Origin: Podarcis cretensis
Taxonomy: Eukaryota
Length of the DNA stretch: 64,000 nucleotides
Assembly: GCA_951804945.1 (NCBI GenBank)
Contig: OX638164.1
Coordinates: 12,524,001-12,588,000 of the forward strand
Direction of reading: 5' to 3'
A model generated the notes under the pieces. It was given only the letters and a program-made list of their open reading frames with translations, was not told the DNA's origin and ran no database searches. Below are positions 24,773 through 37,178 of this stretch, one piece after another. Both the position numbers and the translations under genes were made by a program. How positions within the stretch are numbered: position 1 is the stretch's first letter; each line of letters begins with the position of its first letter.

Positions 24773-26382
24773 GGCTAATTTCAGTCCCTTTTGCAAAAGG
24801 GCACACAAAACATCTGCCAGTTGAAATTGGCACTATTTTAGGATCTGAGTTCCTAAATGGGAAGTTGGGGGCGGGGAAAAGGAGGGGAGAAAATAATAAA
24901 AAATGCAACAAAAGTAATAAATAAATAAATGGATAGTATGAGAAGAAATGGAGGGGGACAGAGGGAAAGGAGAGATGACGTCTGCTACCTGCTCTCAGTG
25001 CAAGACTATGTGACAAAATTCTAGTAATGGAAATAATTTGTTATTCTGAGGAATGATGGAATTTTGGTGTGTCAGAATGTCATTCTTAACCTGCATCTTC
25101 ACTGCACCACTTCAGACCATGTGCTGAGCATTCCTTGCAGAGAACAAGTGTGTCAAGGAGACAGACCCTTCTTTTTTGCAGAGCTGCTCTCTATATGGAT
25201 GGAACTTGTATGGAGAAGCAAGAAATCCCGTGAGCCCTTACAAAAGCTCTGAAGTGGTTCTAAATACACTGTTATTTGCAAAGAAGATCTCTGGGTTCAA
25301 TCCCAGGCTGTGCTGGCTGGTATGATGGGAGTTGTAGCTCAAAACATCTGGAGGGAATGAGGTGGGGAAAGGCTGTTTTTAAAGGATGCCAGGCAGCAGG
25401 CCTCAGCCTGAGATTATGAAGAGTCACTGCCAATCCAGGGGCAAAGCTGGGCTAGATGGACCAAGCGACCGAATGCTTCATATTAGACTAACTGATCTGC
25501 ATGCAAAAGCTTCCAAATTCCACCCCTGACTTCTCCAGCTAAAGGATCTCAGGTTCTAGGAGGTCTAAGGAACAGTCACTACCTGAAGCCTTATACAGCT
25601 GCTGTCAGGCTAGGTGGACTGATGGGAGCTTCAGAGGAGGACTCACAGCACACGCTTTGCAAGCAGAAGAACTCATAGCCAATCCCCAGGAAAAATAGCT
25701 CAGATTGCATGTCTGAAAGACGAGCCACAGTATATTGGCCTGGGGCTAGACAGACCAATGGTTTGATCTAGCCTATTTTCAAATTTTATTTTAAAGGTTC
25801 CGTTCTGAAAGAACCACTAAAAGATGCAAGGCACTCACTTCCCTAGCAAGGAAACAATTTTCTTTGTTTCAGGGATCTAAACCTAGGTTTGTTTATGCTT
25901 CGCTCTGGGACCCCATCCAAGGAAGTGCCGGAGTTCATGCTCAGACATGCACCCTTCACCTCACACGCCCTCAATGCCATTTCCCCTCCAGCTCCTTCAG
26001 GAAGGCAGGCTCCCTCAGGCAGCCCAGTGCTAAGGCGACCCCCTGCCAGTTGCAGTGGCACCCAACGGGAAATGCCACCTGGCTGTCAGGAGCCATTGCC
26101 AACTGCTTCCACCAGCAGTCAAGGAAGTGCAGAGCGCCTGGTGCTGTCCCCCCAACTGTGACCCTCTTGCTGTGTGATGGTAAACTAGCAGCTCTTCCAG
26201 CAAGCAGAGGGCAGATGTCAAGCCCTCCTGCATGGCAAAGCTCTGTACTCTGTAGAAACTCCAAAGTCATTAGCTTGAAAGAGCTGATAGGAAAGATCCC
26301 AGAGAGGCTGAAGGAGGAGAAGGTGAGGGGCAGAAGATGCAGAGGAAGGCAAGGGAGCTGTGGGTGGAAAAGGAACTTAGTA

Positions 26383-26614
26383 CAGTGGTACCTGGGGTTA
26401 CATACACTTCAGGTTACATACGCTTCAGGTTACAGACTCCGCTAATCCAGAAATAGTGCTTCAGGTTAAGAACTTTGCTTCAGGATGAGAACAGAAATCG
26501 TGCTCTGGCGGTGCAGCAGCAGCAGGAGGCCCCATTAGCTAAAGTGGTGCTTCAGGTTAAGAACAGTTTCAGATTAAGAACAGACCTCTGGAACGAATTA
26601 AGTACTTAACACTG
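26383..26614. mobile_element. Tc1/mariner-type MITE, same family; right TIR internally deleted
   Basis: TA|cagtggtacctggggtta ... cttaacactg|TA; interior aligns with the 17554 copy. Confidence 0.88.
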
Positions 26615-26756
26615 TAGTTAATTTAGGGCGCCTTGACGCTGGAATACTTCCTCTAGGAAGACTTGGCTGGTAATGATTTGGATTTCTTTTTTGCACCAGA
26701 GGAAGACCTTTTCATTTCCCCAGGCCTTTTAGACTTACAGTTTTAGATGTTAGCAT

Positions 26757-27007
26757 AGGTAAAGGTAAAGGACCCCAGGACGGTTAAGTCCAGTCTAAGG
26801 CGACTATGGGGCTGTGGTGCTCATCTTGCTTTCAGGCCGAGGGAGCTGGCGTTTGTCCGAAGACAGCTTTTCCAGGTCATGTTGCCAGCATGACTAAACC
26901 GCTCCTGGCACAACGGGACACTGTGATGGAAACCAGAGTGCACGGAAATGCCGTTTACCTTCCCGCTGCTTGCAGTACCTATTTATCTACTTGCACCGGT
27001 GTGCTTT
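26757..27007 (-). mobile_element. Sauria SINE, 5'-truncated, diverged subfamily
   Basis: aggtaaaggtaaaggacccc tail; shares ccagcatgactaa and gtacctatttatctacttgcac blocks with the other copies. Confidence 0.85.
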
Positions 27008-27108
27008 ATTATTTACCTGACCATCGTATCAGCTCCTCTAAGGGGTGGGAGAGGAAGACAGCAGTATACATTCTCTAAGTAAAGATAATTAGCAGTAAAG
27101 ACAATTAG

Positions 27109-27251
27109 CAGGGTGGCCCAAAAGTAGGCATACTGCTTTAGAATCCACTTTCTTTGTCCTTGACTCAAGATCTCATCATTCACTACATCAGTAAAGAAAA
27201 ACAATCCTTTTATTTATTAATTAAAAGTATTCCTACTTTTGGGCCACCCTG
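27109..27251. mobile_element. 143-bp Tc1/mariner-type MITE
   Basis: 26-bp TIR cagggtggcccaaaagtagg(c/a)atact with 1 mismatch; TA on the right flank. Confidence 0.85.
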
Positions 27252-29252
27252 TATGCTGACCATCCAAAAACTATTAAGCCCTGAAAGACAACAGATGGAA
27301 GAACCTTTAAGGACAAGCCCAAGGTAAAGGGGGCAGGAAGCAAAGTAGCTAGATTTCTGAGTACTGTGCCTATAAGACAGGGGCATGCAGAAGTTAGGTT
27401 AGGACCAACAGGATATTCTCTGGGTCATTGGCGGCAGATTGGCAAGAGTTGAACAGCAGCAACAACACCTTCCTCTTACTTTTTCCCACCTCAGGTACAT
27501 TGCTGAAATGAAGAAAGCTAAAAAGAAGCAGACTTCTGTGCAAAAGGACTGTGAACTCAGTTGAGTTCTGCTACTGTAAACCAACACCTAAGGTTCTAAA
27601 TGTGTTCAGAGGCACTCTGCTTTCTAACTAGATGTCTTTTACGTCCGGCTCTGGTTGGTAGATCTCGGGGTTCTAGTAAAAACCAAGTAGATCCTACAAG
27701 GGAGAAGTCTGCCCACCTTTGCAATAAATCATTAGAAACAGCCACAGATCTATGCTCCACCCAATCCCAATGCTTTGGGATGGGTAACAAAATCAACCTG
27801 TCCCCTCGCAGAATGGTATAAAATTTAAATCTTGCAGACCCCTTATACCAGTCCCCAGAACTTATATTCCCATCTTAGAATTGCCAGGTTAGGTTTCAAG
27901 GCAGCCCAATTATTAATGGAAAACTGTAAGTAGAACCTAGTTCAATGTCCTCACACATATAATTCATTTAACTCAAGTTGCACAAAACCCTCTCCAAAAT
28001 GCTGCCTTCAAGTAGGAACTCTGCTTCAACATTTACTTCCTTCCTAAGGAGCCTTAGAGCAAATGCCAATTCAAATTATCCTCCAGATTGCACTTTTCAC
28101 ATGCAACGGGCTTTTTTTTTTTTTTTTAATCAGCTTCATTTGTTCCCCAAAGAGCATGGCGGTGAGAATAGGATGCCACAATTCACATTTTGCAGATGCA
28201 GAACCAGAGTTTCCCAAGGAAATGTTTTCTTTGGAAGAAGAGTGTCTCTTTATAAGATTTGCGGCTTTAAAGTGCCATATAAGCAGCTACAGGCTTGCAG
28301 TCGATAATTTGACCTGTTACTTCAAATCAATTATGAGGTTTTTCATCTTTTGAGCTCCTGGCCATGTGCCCCTTCTTCTCTCTGCCCAGAGCTTCACCCA
28401 GCTTCCCTTCCCCTCTTGATTCTGCTGCCCCTTCCTGCTGTATCACTCCCTCTTCTAAGCCCCAACATACTTCCCTAATCTCCACATCTTCCTTGGCATA
28501 CTGCAGAGGCAGGGAAACCTGTGGATTACAACTCCCATAATCCCTGACCACGCTGGCTGGGGCTGATGGAATTGGAGTCCAACAAGGTTCCAAGCTTTCT
28601 CATGTTCCTACATCTTTTTACCCTGCCTTTCCCCTTTCCAGGGTTTGAACAGCCCAGCCACTGGTAGCCAGCGGCTCTTTTGCCTACCACACCTCCCTGT
28701 GATGTTAGAAAGAAGTATCACTGCCAGAAGTTTCACCAAAATGGATTTGTGCATGTCACAATACAAATTATCTCAGGATTTTCACTTTAGAAAAAACCCC
28801 ACCTCTTACTGCATTCCATAACAACCACAATTCCCTGAGCAGCATGAAGCCTGGAATGATGAATGGGACTCAAAAAGAAAGACAAATAAAACGAGAAATC
28901 TGAAAGTCCCCCAGGATTACCCTGGACTGTATCAGCAAATTAAGAGTTCCATTTTAGAATGGAGACGGGCAGACCCAAGGTGATACACACGCCATGAAGA
29001 TGAGCACACTGAGTTCAGTTCTGCTTCCCTGCTTGTGTCTTCAAGTCTTTATAAAGTTAGAACCAGTATATGGGAAAAGAAGATGCCTTGTGAATGAGCT
29101 GTACAAAAACTATCTTATAAAGCAGCACCGTTCAAACTGACTAGCCAGTCACTTCTAGCACACCTTTCTGTGGATCCACTCCAGGGAAGAGTCTGTACTG
29201 TGAAGTTGCCTTAAAACAGAATTCACAAGTGCACAGTCTCCTAATAAAACAT

Positions 29253-29638
29253 GGTGGTTGACACTGGGGTGTCACAGGCAGCAGCGGAGCAAGCCAATTG
29301 GGCACCTGGGGCAGTGTGCGTGCCTTGAGCCCAGGGGCGGGGCCAGCCGCCCATGGGGCGGGGCGTGCCAAGGCAGGATGCTTCATGGGGCCTCTGAGGA
29401 GTCTGCATGCCTCCTCCCACTCAGCTGCCCTACAGCTGGGGGGAGGCAGTGGGCGGACCGTTTGGGGCAGCGCGGAGTCTGCAGGCACTCAAGCCGCTGC
29501 ATCACTCCCAGGAGAGACGTGTGGCTCGGGTGCGCTGCAGGCCCTATGGTGAGTGCCGTCTGGCATTTTGTCACACCCCCTCCAGTGGTGACACCCAGGG
29601 TGGCCCGTGCCAACCGCATCCCCCTTCCTCTGCCCCTG
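29253..29638. mobile_element. GC/CpG-rich non-autonomous DNA transposon fragment
   Basis: Abrupt GC-rich block with gtgtcac/gtgacac motifs at both ends and a hAT-like terminus (caggggcagaggaagggg on the minus strand). Confidence 0.55.
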
Positions 29639-30126
29639 GTCAGAAGCTACCAGAAGTGGCAGGGAAATACCACCCTAGTGACCATTAAGGCAAGCTACCC
29701 CTATACTTCACATAGAGGAGGGACAGAGACAGCCAATGGGAGAGAGAGTAGTTTGACAAAGGCTACCTATGAAGTTCATCGCAGAGGCAAAATCTGAACA
29801 AGAGACGTCTGGGCTTATCCATCACCCTCAACTGCTATGATCCTGTAGCACTTAATGTGAATCATAGGACTATCTTTCTAATTTGAATTGCCATCTAGTA
29901 CAAAACCAAGGAATTCCCCCACTCCATCCCAAGTCGAATGAACACAATCCACTGAACACCTCTGCTACCCAAAGGACAACACACATGCAGCTATTAATTC
30001 CAGAAACTAAGTAGAATATTACTTGGGATGAGGCATTCTCGATGGTGGCACCCAAGCTTTGAAACTCCCTTCTTAGAAAGGTTTGTCTCCCTCCTTTTTG
30101 ACCTCTAGGCATCTCACTAAAAGTGG

Positions 30127-30135
30127 TGTGTGTGT

Positions 30136-30168
<33 letters not shown>
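30127..30168. repeat. (TG)n microsatellite (one interruption)
   Basis: Direct reading. Confidence 0.95.
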
Positions 30169-30170
<2 letters not shown>

Positions 30171-30504
30171 AGCTATGTTTGTCATTTGTCTGATGCTGCT
30201 CAATTAGTTAGATTTTAGTTACTGCACTGTGGGTTTTAAACATAATGCAATTCCTGAATCATAAGGCAGGCTATGCACTTTAACAAGTAAAAACAAAACA
30301 AAACAAAAACCAAAGACAGAGTAACTGGGGGAAAATGAGGAATTAAACCTTTTAACTTTTTGAAGGGGAAAAAAACCAGGAAATGGAAGGTGCAACTCCA
30401 ACACAGCAGAAGAGAATGGAACAAAGGTTGCTCCTCCACGCCCCATGTAGAAGCCAAAACACAACGCAACCAACAAAAGATTTTGTAAGAAAGCAGCTGA
30501 TTAC

Positions 30505-30561
30505 CTGAGCTTGCGCATCCCTGCTGAAGGGAATCTTGCAGTGATGACACAGAGTGAAGAA
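30505..30561 (-). CDS. CUX1: CUX1 exon ~20 (57 nt): (V)LHSVSSLQDSLQQGCASS(E)
   Basis: ttctccag|TTCTTCAC...GCTCAG|gtaatc. Confidence 0.94.
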
Positions 30562-33413
30562 CTGGAGAAAGAAAAGGAGGACTATCAGGAAGAGATAGGA
30601 GAGGAACATAGCCTACAACTTGCCAGCAAAATGAGGGTCATTAAATGGCCCAGGACTAACAGAGAAAAGCAGCACAATATCAAACCAGCTCAATTCCCAT
30701 TCCTTTATACCAGGAAAGTGGAACCTGCTGCTGAACTACAACTCCCATCATTCCTGATCACTGGCCATGCTGCCTGGGGCTGAAGCTGGACTCCAGGAAC
30801 TTCTGGAGGGCCTGGAGTTAGACACCCCTACTTTAAACCTAGATCAGATGTGGAGAACCTGCAACTCTCCAGATGTTGTTGCACTCCCCTCAGCCCCAGC
30901 CAACATAACCAGCAGTCTGGGATGTTGAGATTTTGTAGTAAGCAGTATCTAGAGAGCCACAGGCTCCCCATCTCTGATCCAGGGGATGGTTTGGAGGAGA
31001 CTCTAGGGCAGGTACAGAGGATACCCACAGTTATCTGCTCTCTACATATGGTAGAGGAGCAAGAACTTGCCTATGGAGCAACACTCCCAAATACTGTATT
31101 TGCATAGGGCACAACATATGTAAAATCCAATGCCTATAGGCCCAAATGGTGTGATTGATTCATTTCCCCACCCCTGACTGACTGGGGAATAGACTGTGTG
31201 ATTTAGGTATGCACCCTATTAAAATGTGATACCCGTGCATGGATGCTCCAGGGTGCGCAAGGCAAGCCTGGTTGATGGAACAAGAAGGGCTCTCTCGCTC
31301 ACCCCTACCATGCATACAGAAGAGGCAAATAAGGGATTCCTGCTGCTCAACTGAGGTTGGTTCCACACAGTTAAGTGCCTCATAAGCAGCCAGTTTTACT
31401 TCTGCTTGTGTGGGTCAACATTTATATTACAAGAAGTGTCCAAATGCAGTGTTGACAATCACAAGAGGAAGTGGACAATTCTGTAAAATCTAGTAAGTGT
31501 GAAAAATCCAGAGATCAACTGGACAGTTATCAAGTAGCTCTTTGTCAGCATCCTCCATGATTTCAGCTGTTCACCCAATATGCAAATGCCAGAAAGCACG
31601 GGACCTTCCCTTGTGATGGTCAACAGTCTCTGCATCATATTTAAGTTTCTTTCAGATAATTGAGGAATGCCCTCTCTAGCAGGCCATTGCCAAGACCTTT
31701 AAAGTCTCATCCTAATGAAATTGTGCCTTTCTTCCACACCCACTTGGTGCTTTCAACCATAAATAAAAACTATCCAATGAAATCCTGCCCAAATGCACCA
31801 GTTTTGATCTGCTATTTGTTAAAATTTCCACCTTGAAAGGCATTTAACATTCTCTCTGCATAGAAGCAAAGCCTGAAAATTACCTTAATTAGTTTAGGCA
31901 CTGAGTCTGCTTGGTGATGGGGTGGAATCTTAAAATTGAGGCGCTAGGTACTGGATTTCTTGCATCTGCATTCTAGATCCATTTGAAATAGGATCCAAGA
32001 GCCCTCCAGAGTTTGGGCTGATCTGAAGTAGATGTTTTTATCTGCAAACTTCCCAGGGCTGGTGGGATGACTGGGAGAGCTCCTGGGAAGCACTGTGATA
32101 AGCCTCAGGACCACACAGCATGCAGTTTCCATGTTTCCATGTGTTGCTGCAAATATTCCTGGCCCTAATAAAGCAGCTACTTCTAGCCCCCACCCCCATT
32201 TTTGCAAGTCAAGGGTAGGGAAAGTGCAGGCTGTATGATAGCCCCATCAGACTCTTAGAGATGTCTGGGGTCAGAAGGAGGATTAGTGGCTTTGCCGATT
32301 CAGAATGGATCCAAATTAAATTCAAATTACTTTCCAACACTTGGCAAATGTCCTCCAAGTTAATCGGATTCACGTGGAATCATTCTGAATAGGATGGTGG
32401 AGGATGGGTGGACCAACTCACTTCTAGTCCCCAATGCCCTTTAACTGTAAAAGAAAGGACTCTAAGCAAAGAAAGGAATAACTCAAGCCTCCTGCATAAT
32501 TCCACAGTGAAGTGGACCACTTTGCAAGGCTAACTTGCTCCCTCCGTCTTGAGGCAAGAATGCTAAAGGAAAGGGAGGCAGAAAAACAGGTGCAACTTGA
32601 GTTCCTGAAGCCCCAGCATTGAGAAACACCACCAAGGGATGCAGGTACCCTCCATCCAGCACATTTACGGAGGCATACAGGTTGCAGGCATGAGTGCATT
32701 GAAAGAGAGTGCAGCTTCACCTTTTCCTGGAATTGCTCAATTCTTCCTTAGGGAAGCCCAACTTATGGGTTTTTTTGGGTTTGGGTGGGAATGCCTCCTG
32801 CCTTAATGTGGTTTCCAAAAGTAGGGCAACCACTCACCCACTGGGGAGCTTATCGGGCCCAAAGATAAGGGAAAGATGGCAGCTGCAGTCCACTCTGTCA
32901 TCTTATGCAAAACCAGTAAGGGAGGGGGTGATTCTGCTGAAAGGGCGTTTGTGGTCATGGCCACAGTGTTGCACACACATCAGGCTGCGTTTCCCCCCCT
33001 ACTGCAGGGCATTTCCCCTTTCAGACACTGCCCAGGAGCCGGAAAACACACCAAAACAGCAGCTGCCTTCTCAACACCAGTGAGTGGCAGCTCTGGAGGC
33101 ACCCAGTTACCTATTCTATGAAGGATAAAGACAACAACCACTGATGCTTTATGCATGTGTTGTGTGTGTATGAGAGAGAGAAAGAGATGTCTGAGTGTGA
33201 ATGGGGTGTGTTTGCGACTTTGGTCCCAACCTGCACGTGCTTGCCCCCTCCCACCTTGAAACATTCTCTAGAAAGGAAGGCAGCCCACCAGCTGAAAAAG
33301 ATTTAGCACTACAGTCTAAATGGAAGGGTGCAAAACCAAAGGAAACACTGTGAAAGCCGAGCCTTTGTATGGCATTAAAAAAACACACCAAAAGAGTCCA
33401 ACTGTCTACTTAC

Positions 33414-33579
33414 CCTGGCCTTGGGGCTGCCCTTGGGATGGCAAGACTCCCTGCCCCAGTTCACCGTTTAGCCAGAGCTGCATGCGGATGAATGGCTCGC
33501 GGCCTTTCTGCGTCAACTTGCTCCATGGCTTTGGCCGGGACAGCATGTCACTGACGCTGCCCTGGGAGAGGCCCAGCAC
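33414..33579 (-). CDS. CUX1: CUX1 exon ~19 (166 nt), second half of CUT repeat 2
   Basis: ctccag|GTGCTG...GGCCAGG|gtaagt; [37 protein letters not shown]. Confidence 0.98.
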
Positions 33580-33948
33580 CTGGAGGGAAGCAACCACAGA
33601 GGACACGGGATTAACAGTGCCCTGGATTGGAACTGGGAAGATCAGAGGGTGGCCTGCAGGCCACATGCAGCTCTTATTCCTCAAGAGAGACAGCTGCTAG
33701 AGGAGAGGTGGTGCCACACTCTGCCTTCTTCAACCTGCTGGCAGGAAGAGTGCTGGGTGCCACAACAGCACTTTTAACCATTCTTATTGATATGAATGCC
33801 TTCAGCTGAATCTCTGGTTATCTGTTGTTTGCCCTTCCGAGCTGGCAAGGGGGGGAGCATTGAAGCAAAGGAACTACATGGAAGTAAGACAAGTGGAAAA
33901 AGCAGCTGGGTGTTTACTGTCCATGTTCCATGTGCTATCCAACAGATA

Positions 33949-34189
33949 CAAAGGTGTCATGGGCTTTGAAGACACTCAAAGTCAGGACGAAAGGGAGAAA
34001 CGTGCTAAGAGGAAGGCATGCTTGGCAAATCCACACCATGATCAACTCCTGCCCTGAAACCAATGTCCCCACTGTGGAAGGATGTGTGGATCCAGAATTG
34101 GCCTCCACAGTCACTTACGGACTCATTGTCAATACCGTGTTTATGGAAGACAATCTTACTCGGCTACGAGTGATCGCCAAAGAAGAAGA
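33949..34189 (+). mobile_element. RTE-clade LINE 3' fragment (second copy), in the intron splitting CUT2
   Basis: High identity to 545-786, with the same CPHC...HSHL motif and GAA tail. Confidence 0.75.
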
Positions 34190-34541
34190 CCCGGGAGACT
34201 CACACAACACCCTTGTGCTGGAAGACACTGAGCAATTTTCTGCCACTCAGCAAGCAGGGGATAGATGTTTGGCATCATTCCTCTACCACCTCCACCTCCA
34301 CCATTCTGTGGCTCTTACTCCCAATAAGCCTGTTGGTGGAGAGTCTCCCTCTTTCTGGTTTTCCTTCAAAGCCCAATTCTTTGACAAATACAGGTTCTTG
34401 CAAGAGGATGAATAAAATATGCAAATTAATAAATCAGATAAATTTGCCATTCTCCCCTTCTGCAGATAATGTTCCAGACGGTCATAAGGCCACCATCACA
34501 ATGCACACAAACCAACAAACTAGCTCCAGCTAAGCGCTTAC

Positions 34542-35374
34542 CTTTTCCCCAAATATCCTTTGGCAGATGCCGTTCTTCGCTAGCTTCTCTTTGACCTGAC
34601 GGGTTAGCTCTATTGTATCCACTTCCTGGTACATATAAATCTCATACTGCTCGGGGGTCAATGGAGGAACGGAAGGTTTAGATGGCTTTGCTAAAGAAAC
34701 AATGGGGGAGGAAGGGAGGGGGCTGTTCTGCGGCGTCTCACTGCGGCTAGCCCCTGTCACACTCAGTTCAGAGCTCTGGGAATAGGGTGACTCTGCGTTG
34801 GGCCACTCTTTCCAGTAGTCCGAAGAGGAAGGCCCTTGAAGCTGCTGGTTACGGTCCGACCGAGATTGGCTGCTGGCCTTCTCCTTCCCGCTGGTGGTTT
34901 CCTCCACTTTGGGGTCATCTGGAGGGGGGGCGGCATTCCTTCTGTCAGGCTGCACAGTGTTCCACCAGTGGTCCTTCCACACCCCGCTGCGCCCCAGTTC
35001 ATTTTTAACGTGCCTCAGCACCCCTTGCGTTGAATCAGACATCCCGTGGAGGTCCAGGATGGGGGCCTCTTGGGCCTCCTTCTTCAGACCAGAGAGAGTC
35101 TGCAGGGAGGAGATGCTGGAATCCACAGACGACGAGTGCTTCTTCAAGGACATGGCCAGGGGGGAATAACTGGCAACCGAAGAAATGGCGGGCGTGGGGA
35201 CAAGTTTTGGGGACAAGATGGAGATCTCAGCTTGGGACAGAGGGGTTGCTTTTAAGGCAGGTTCGAGGGCGGCCTGCTGTGCTTCCATCTCTCGCCGGGC
35301 TTGCTGCAGAATGGACCGGATGGCATCGTCGGATCCACCAGTGCTCGAGGTGGAAGGTGGCTGAGCCGGCTCAG
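34542..35374 (-). CDS. CUX1: CUX1 exon ~18 (833 nt), linker plus first half of CUT repeat 2
   Basis: ccccatag|CTGAGCCG...GAAAAG|gtaagc; ORF 34530..35471 ends [28 protein letters not shown]. Confidence 0.98.
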
Positions 35375-36169
35375 CTATGGGGATAAACAAAGAAGGCATG
35401 GTGAGATGTTGTGGCCCATGTATCTGATTTCGCCAACACATTGGAATCAAAATCTTGCTGCCCAACCCCATGGTGCAAACCAGAGAGGCAGGCCCAGAGA
35501 AAATGTCATTTACTGGTTAATCTCCAATGTTTGTCTCAGAAGGTTGTTTCTGAAATTTGCAAGCCAACCTCTGTGGAAATCCTTTACTAGAAACTGATGG
35601 AAATAAAGGAGAGAGATGGCTCTTTCCCAAAATTACTTGACTGGAACCCTGAGGTCTACCAGTAAGCGAGAGATTTTCATTAACTTTCTCATGCCCCACA
35701 AAATACCTAGAATTACTGGTGAATGGTCAATAGTCCTTGACTTTTCAACACTCTGTTGTCTATGATTACATGAACATCACCTTACTTATCAATGTTTTAA
35801 TCATTCCAGTTCTCTATATTAGAGAATAAAGAGCAACACATTCCTTGACTTTCAAACAATTTGCTATTGCTATTGACATACAGACATCAGACTTGCGCCT
35901 GGACACTGATTGTGATGTCACCAACATCACAAGCAATATCAAAAGAATAGAAGGACACGGTTCTCATTCTGAACTACTGGGCTGCTCATATAGTGCGGCA
36001 CACACTTGAAGGGACCATGAAGAAAGCAAAGCTGTGATAATTTGTCACCAAGAAGACAGAGCACTCAGCAACCTGCCTCTGCAATGGAGTTGCAGTTTGC
36101 TTTTTCCTCTGCATCTCTCCTACCCACTGCACCCATGTCTTGGATATTTTCTGTCCTGCTTCACTTCAC

Positions 36170-36553
36170 TGGCCTAGTTTGCATATCACACCAAGCAAAA
36201 TTACGGCTTCGCCACGAGTGTGGACTTGCAGAAAGGAGTTTGCTTCACTCCTCCCGAATTGTTCTACTGCTTTGTTGCACTGAGCCAAGCTGTGTTTGGC
36301 TTATGCATTTTATCTGAACTTGGGCTCATGGTTTAGCTCTTCTAGACAAGCCACAAGCCATAAACCATGGGACAAACCTTGGTTACAGCTCGTGGGAAGT
36401 CTACAGTGAACTAAACCATGAGCCCGGGTTTGGATGACATTATGCTTTAGATCAGTGCAACAGAATGACTGGGGAAGAGCAAAGCAGGCACCAACTCATC
36501 TCTGGGAGTCTGCACATTTGCACTAAGTCCTTGTGTGATGTTTGAATGAAACC
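36170..36553. mobile_element. Long imperfect palindrome, probable old MITE
   Basis: Arms aacttgggctcatggtttag / ctaaaccatgagcccgggtt and tgttgcactga / tcagtgcaaca are symmetric about ~36372. Confidence 0.65.
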
Positions 36554-37028
36554 ACTGTGTTCCTAGGCTTCTTCAAACACTCATCTCTGCATTCTGCTTT
36601 CCATGAGATGTAGTAATCCCCCCCCCCACATTTTCTCTGTGACGAAACTGAATGCAAAATAAAACCCACTGAAGATTGTGGGAATATGAAAAATATATTT
36701 CATTGTCATATTTTAATTAACTTTCTGTACATAACTAAACCTGCATACACACCAGTTTAACTGTTGAAGTTTCCTGAAACTTCCAACATTCCACTTCATT
36801 ATGAGAGAGGGAGAAAAACTTTTCTCTATCCACTTTTTGCATGCCATTCAGTTTTAGACACTTCCATCAAGTCATCCCTTACTCACCTTTGCTCTAAACT
36901 AAAAAGTCCCTGATGCTGCAATGGGTTTTCTTAACCCTTTAGTGGCACACAACAGGCAGGTTAAAGTTTTTCGCACACTCTTAAGTCTCTTGCCAATAGT
37001 TTCCAGGGCATCCTGAGGTTCAGGGTCA

Positions 37029-37178
<150 letters not shown>

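Noticed and set aside
25864-26445. 193-aa ORF and overlapping ORFs
   Set aside because: GC-rich, open in several frames, runs into a MITE; no domain signature.
29141-29797. Cluster of overlapping ORFs / apparent CpG island
   Set aside because: Explained by a GC-rich transposon fragment.
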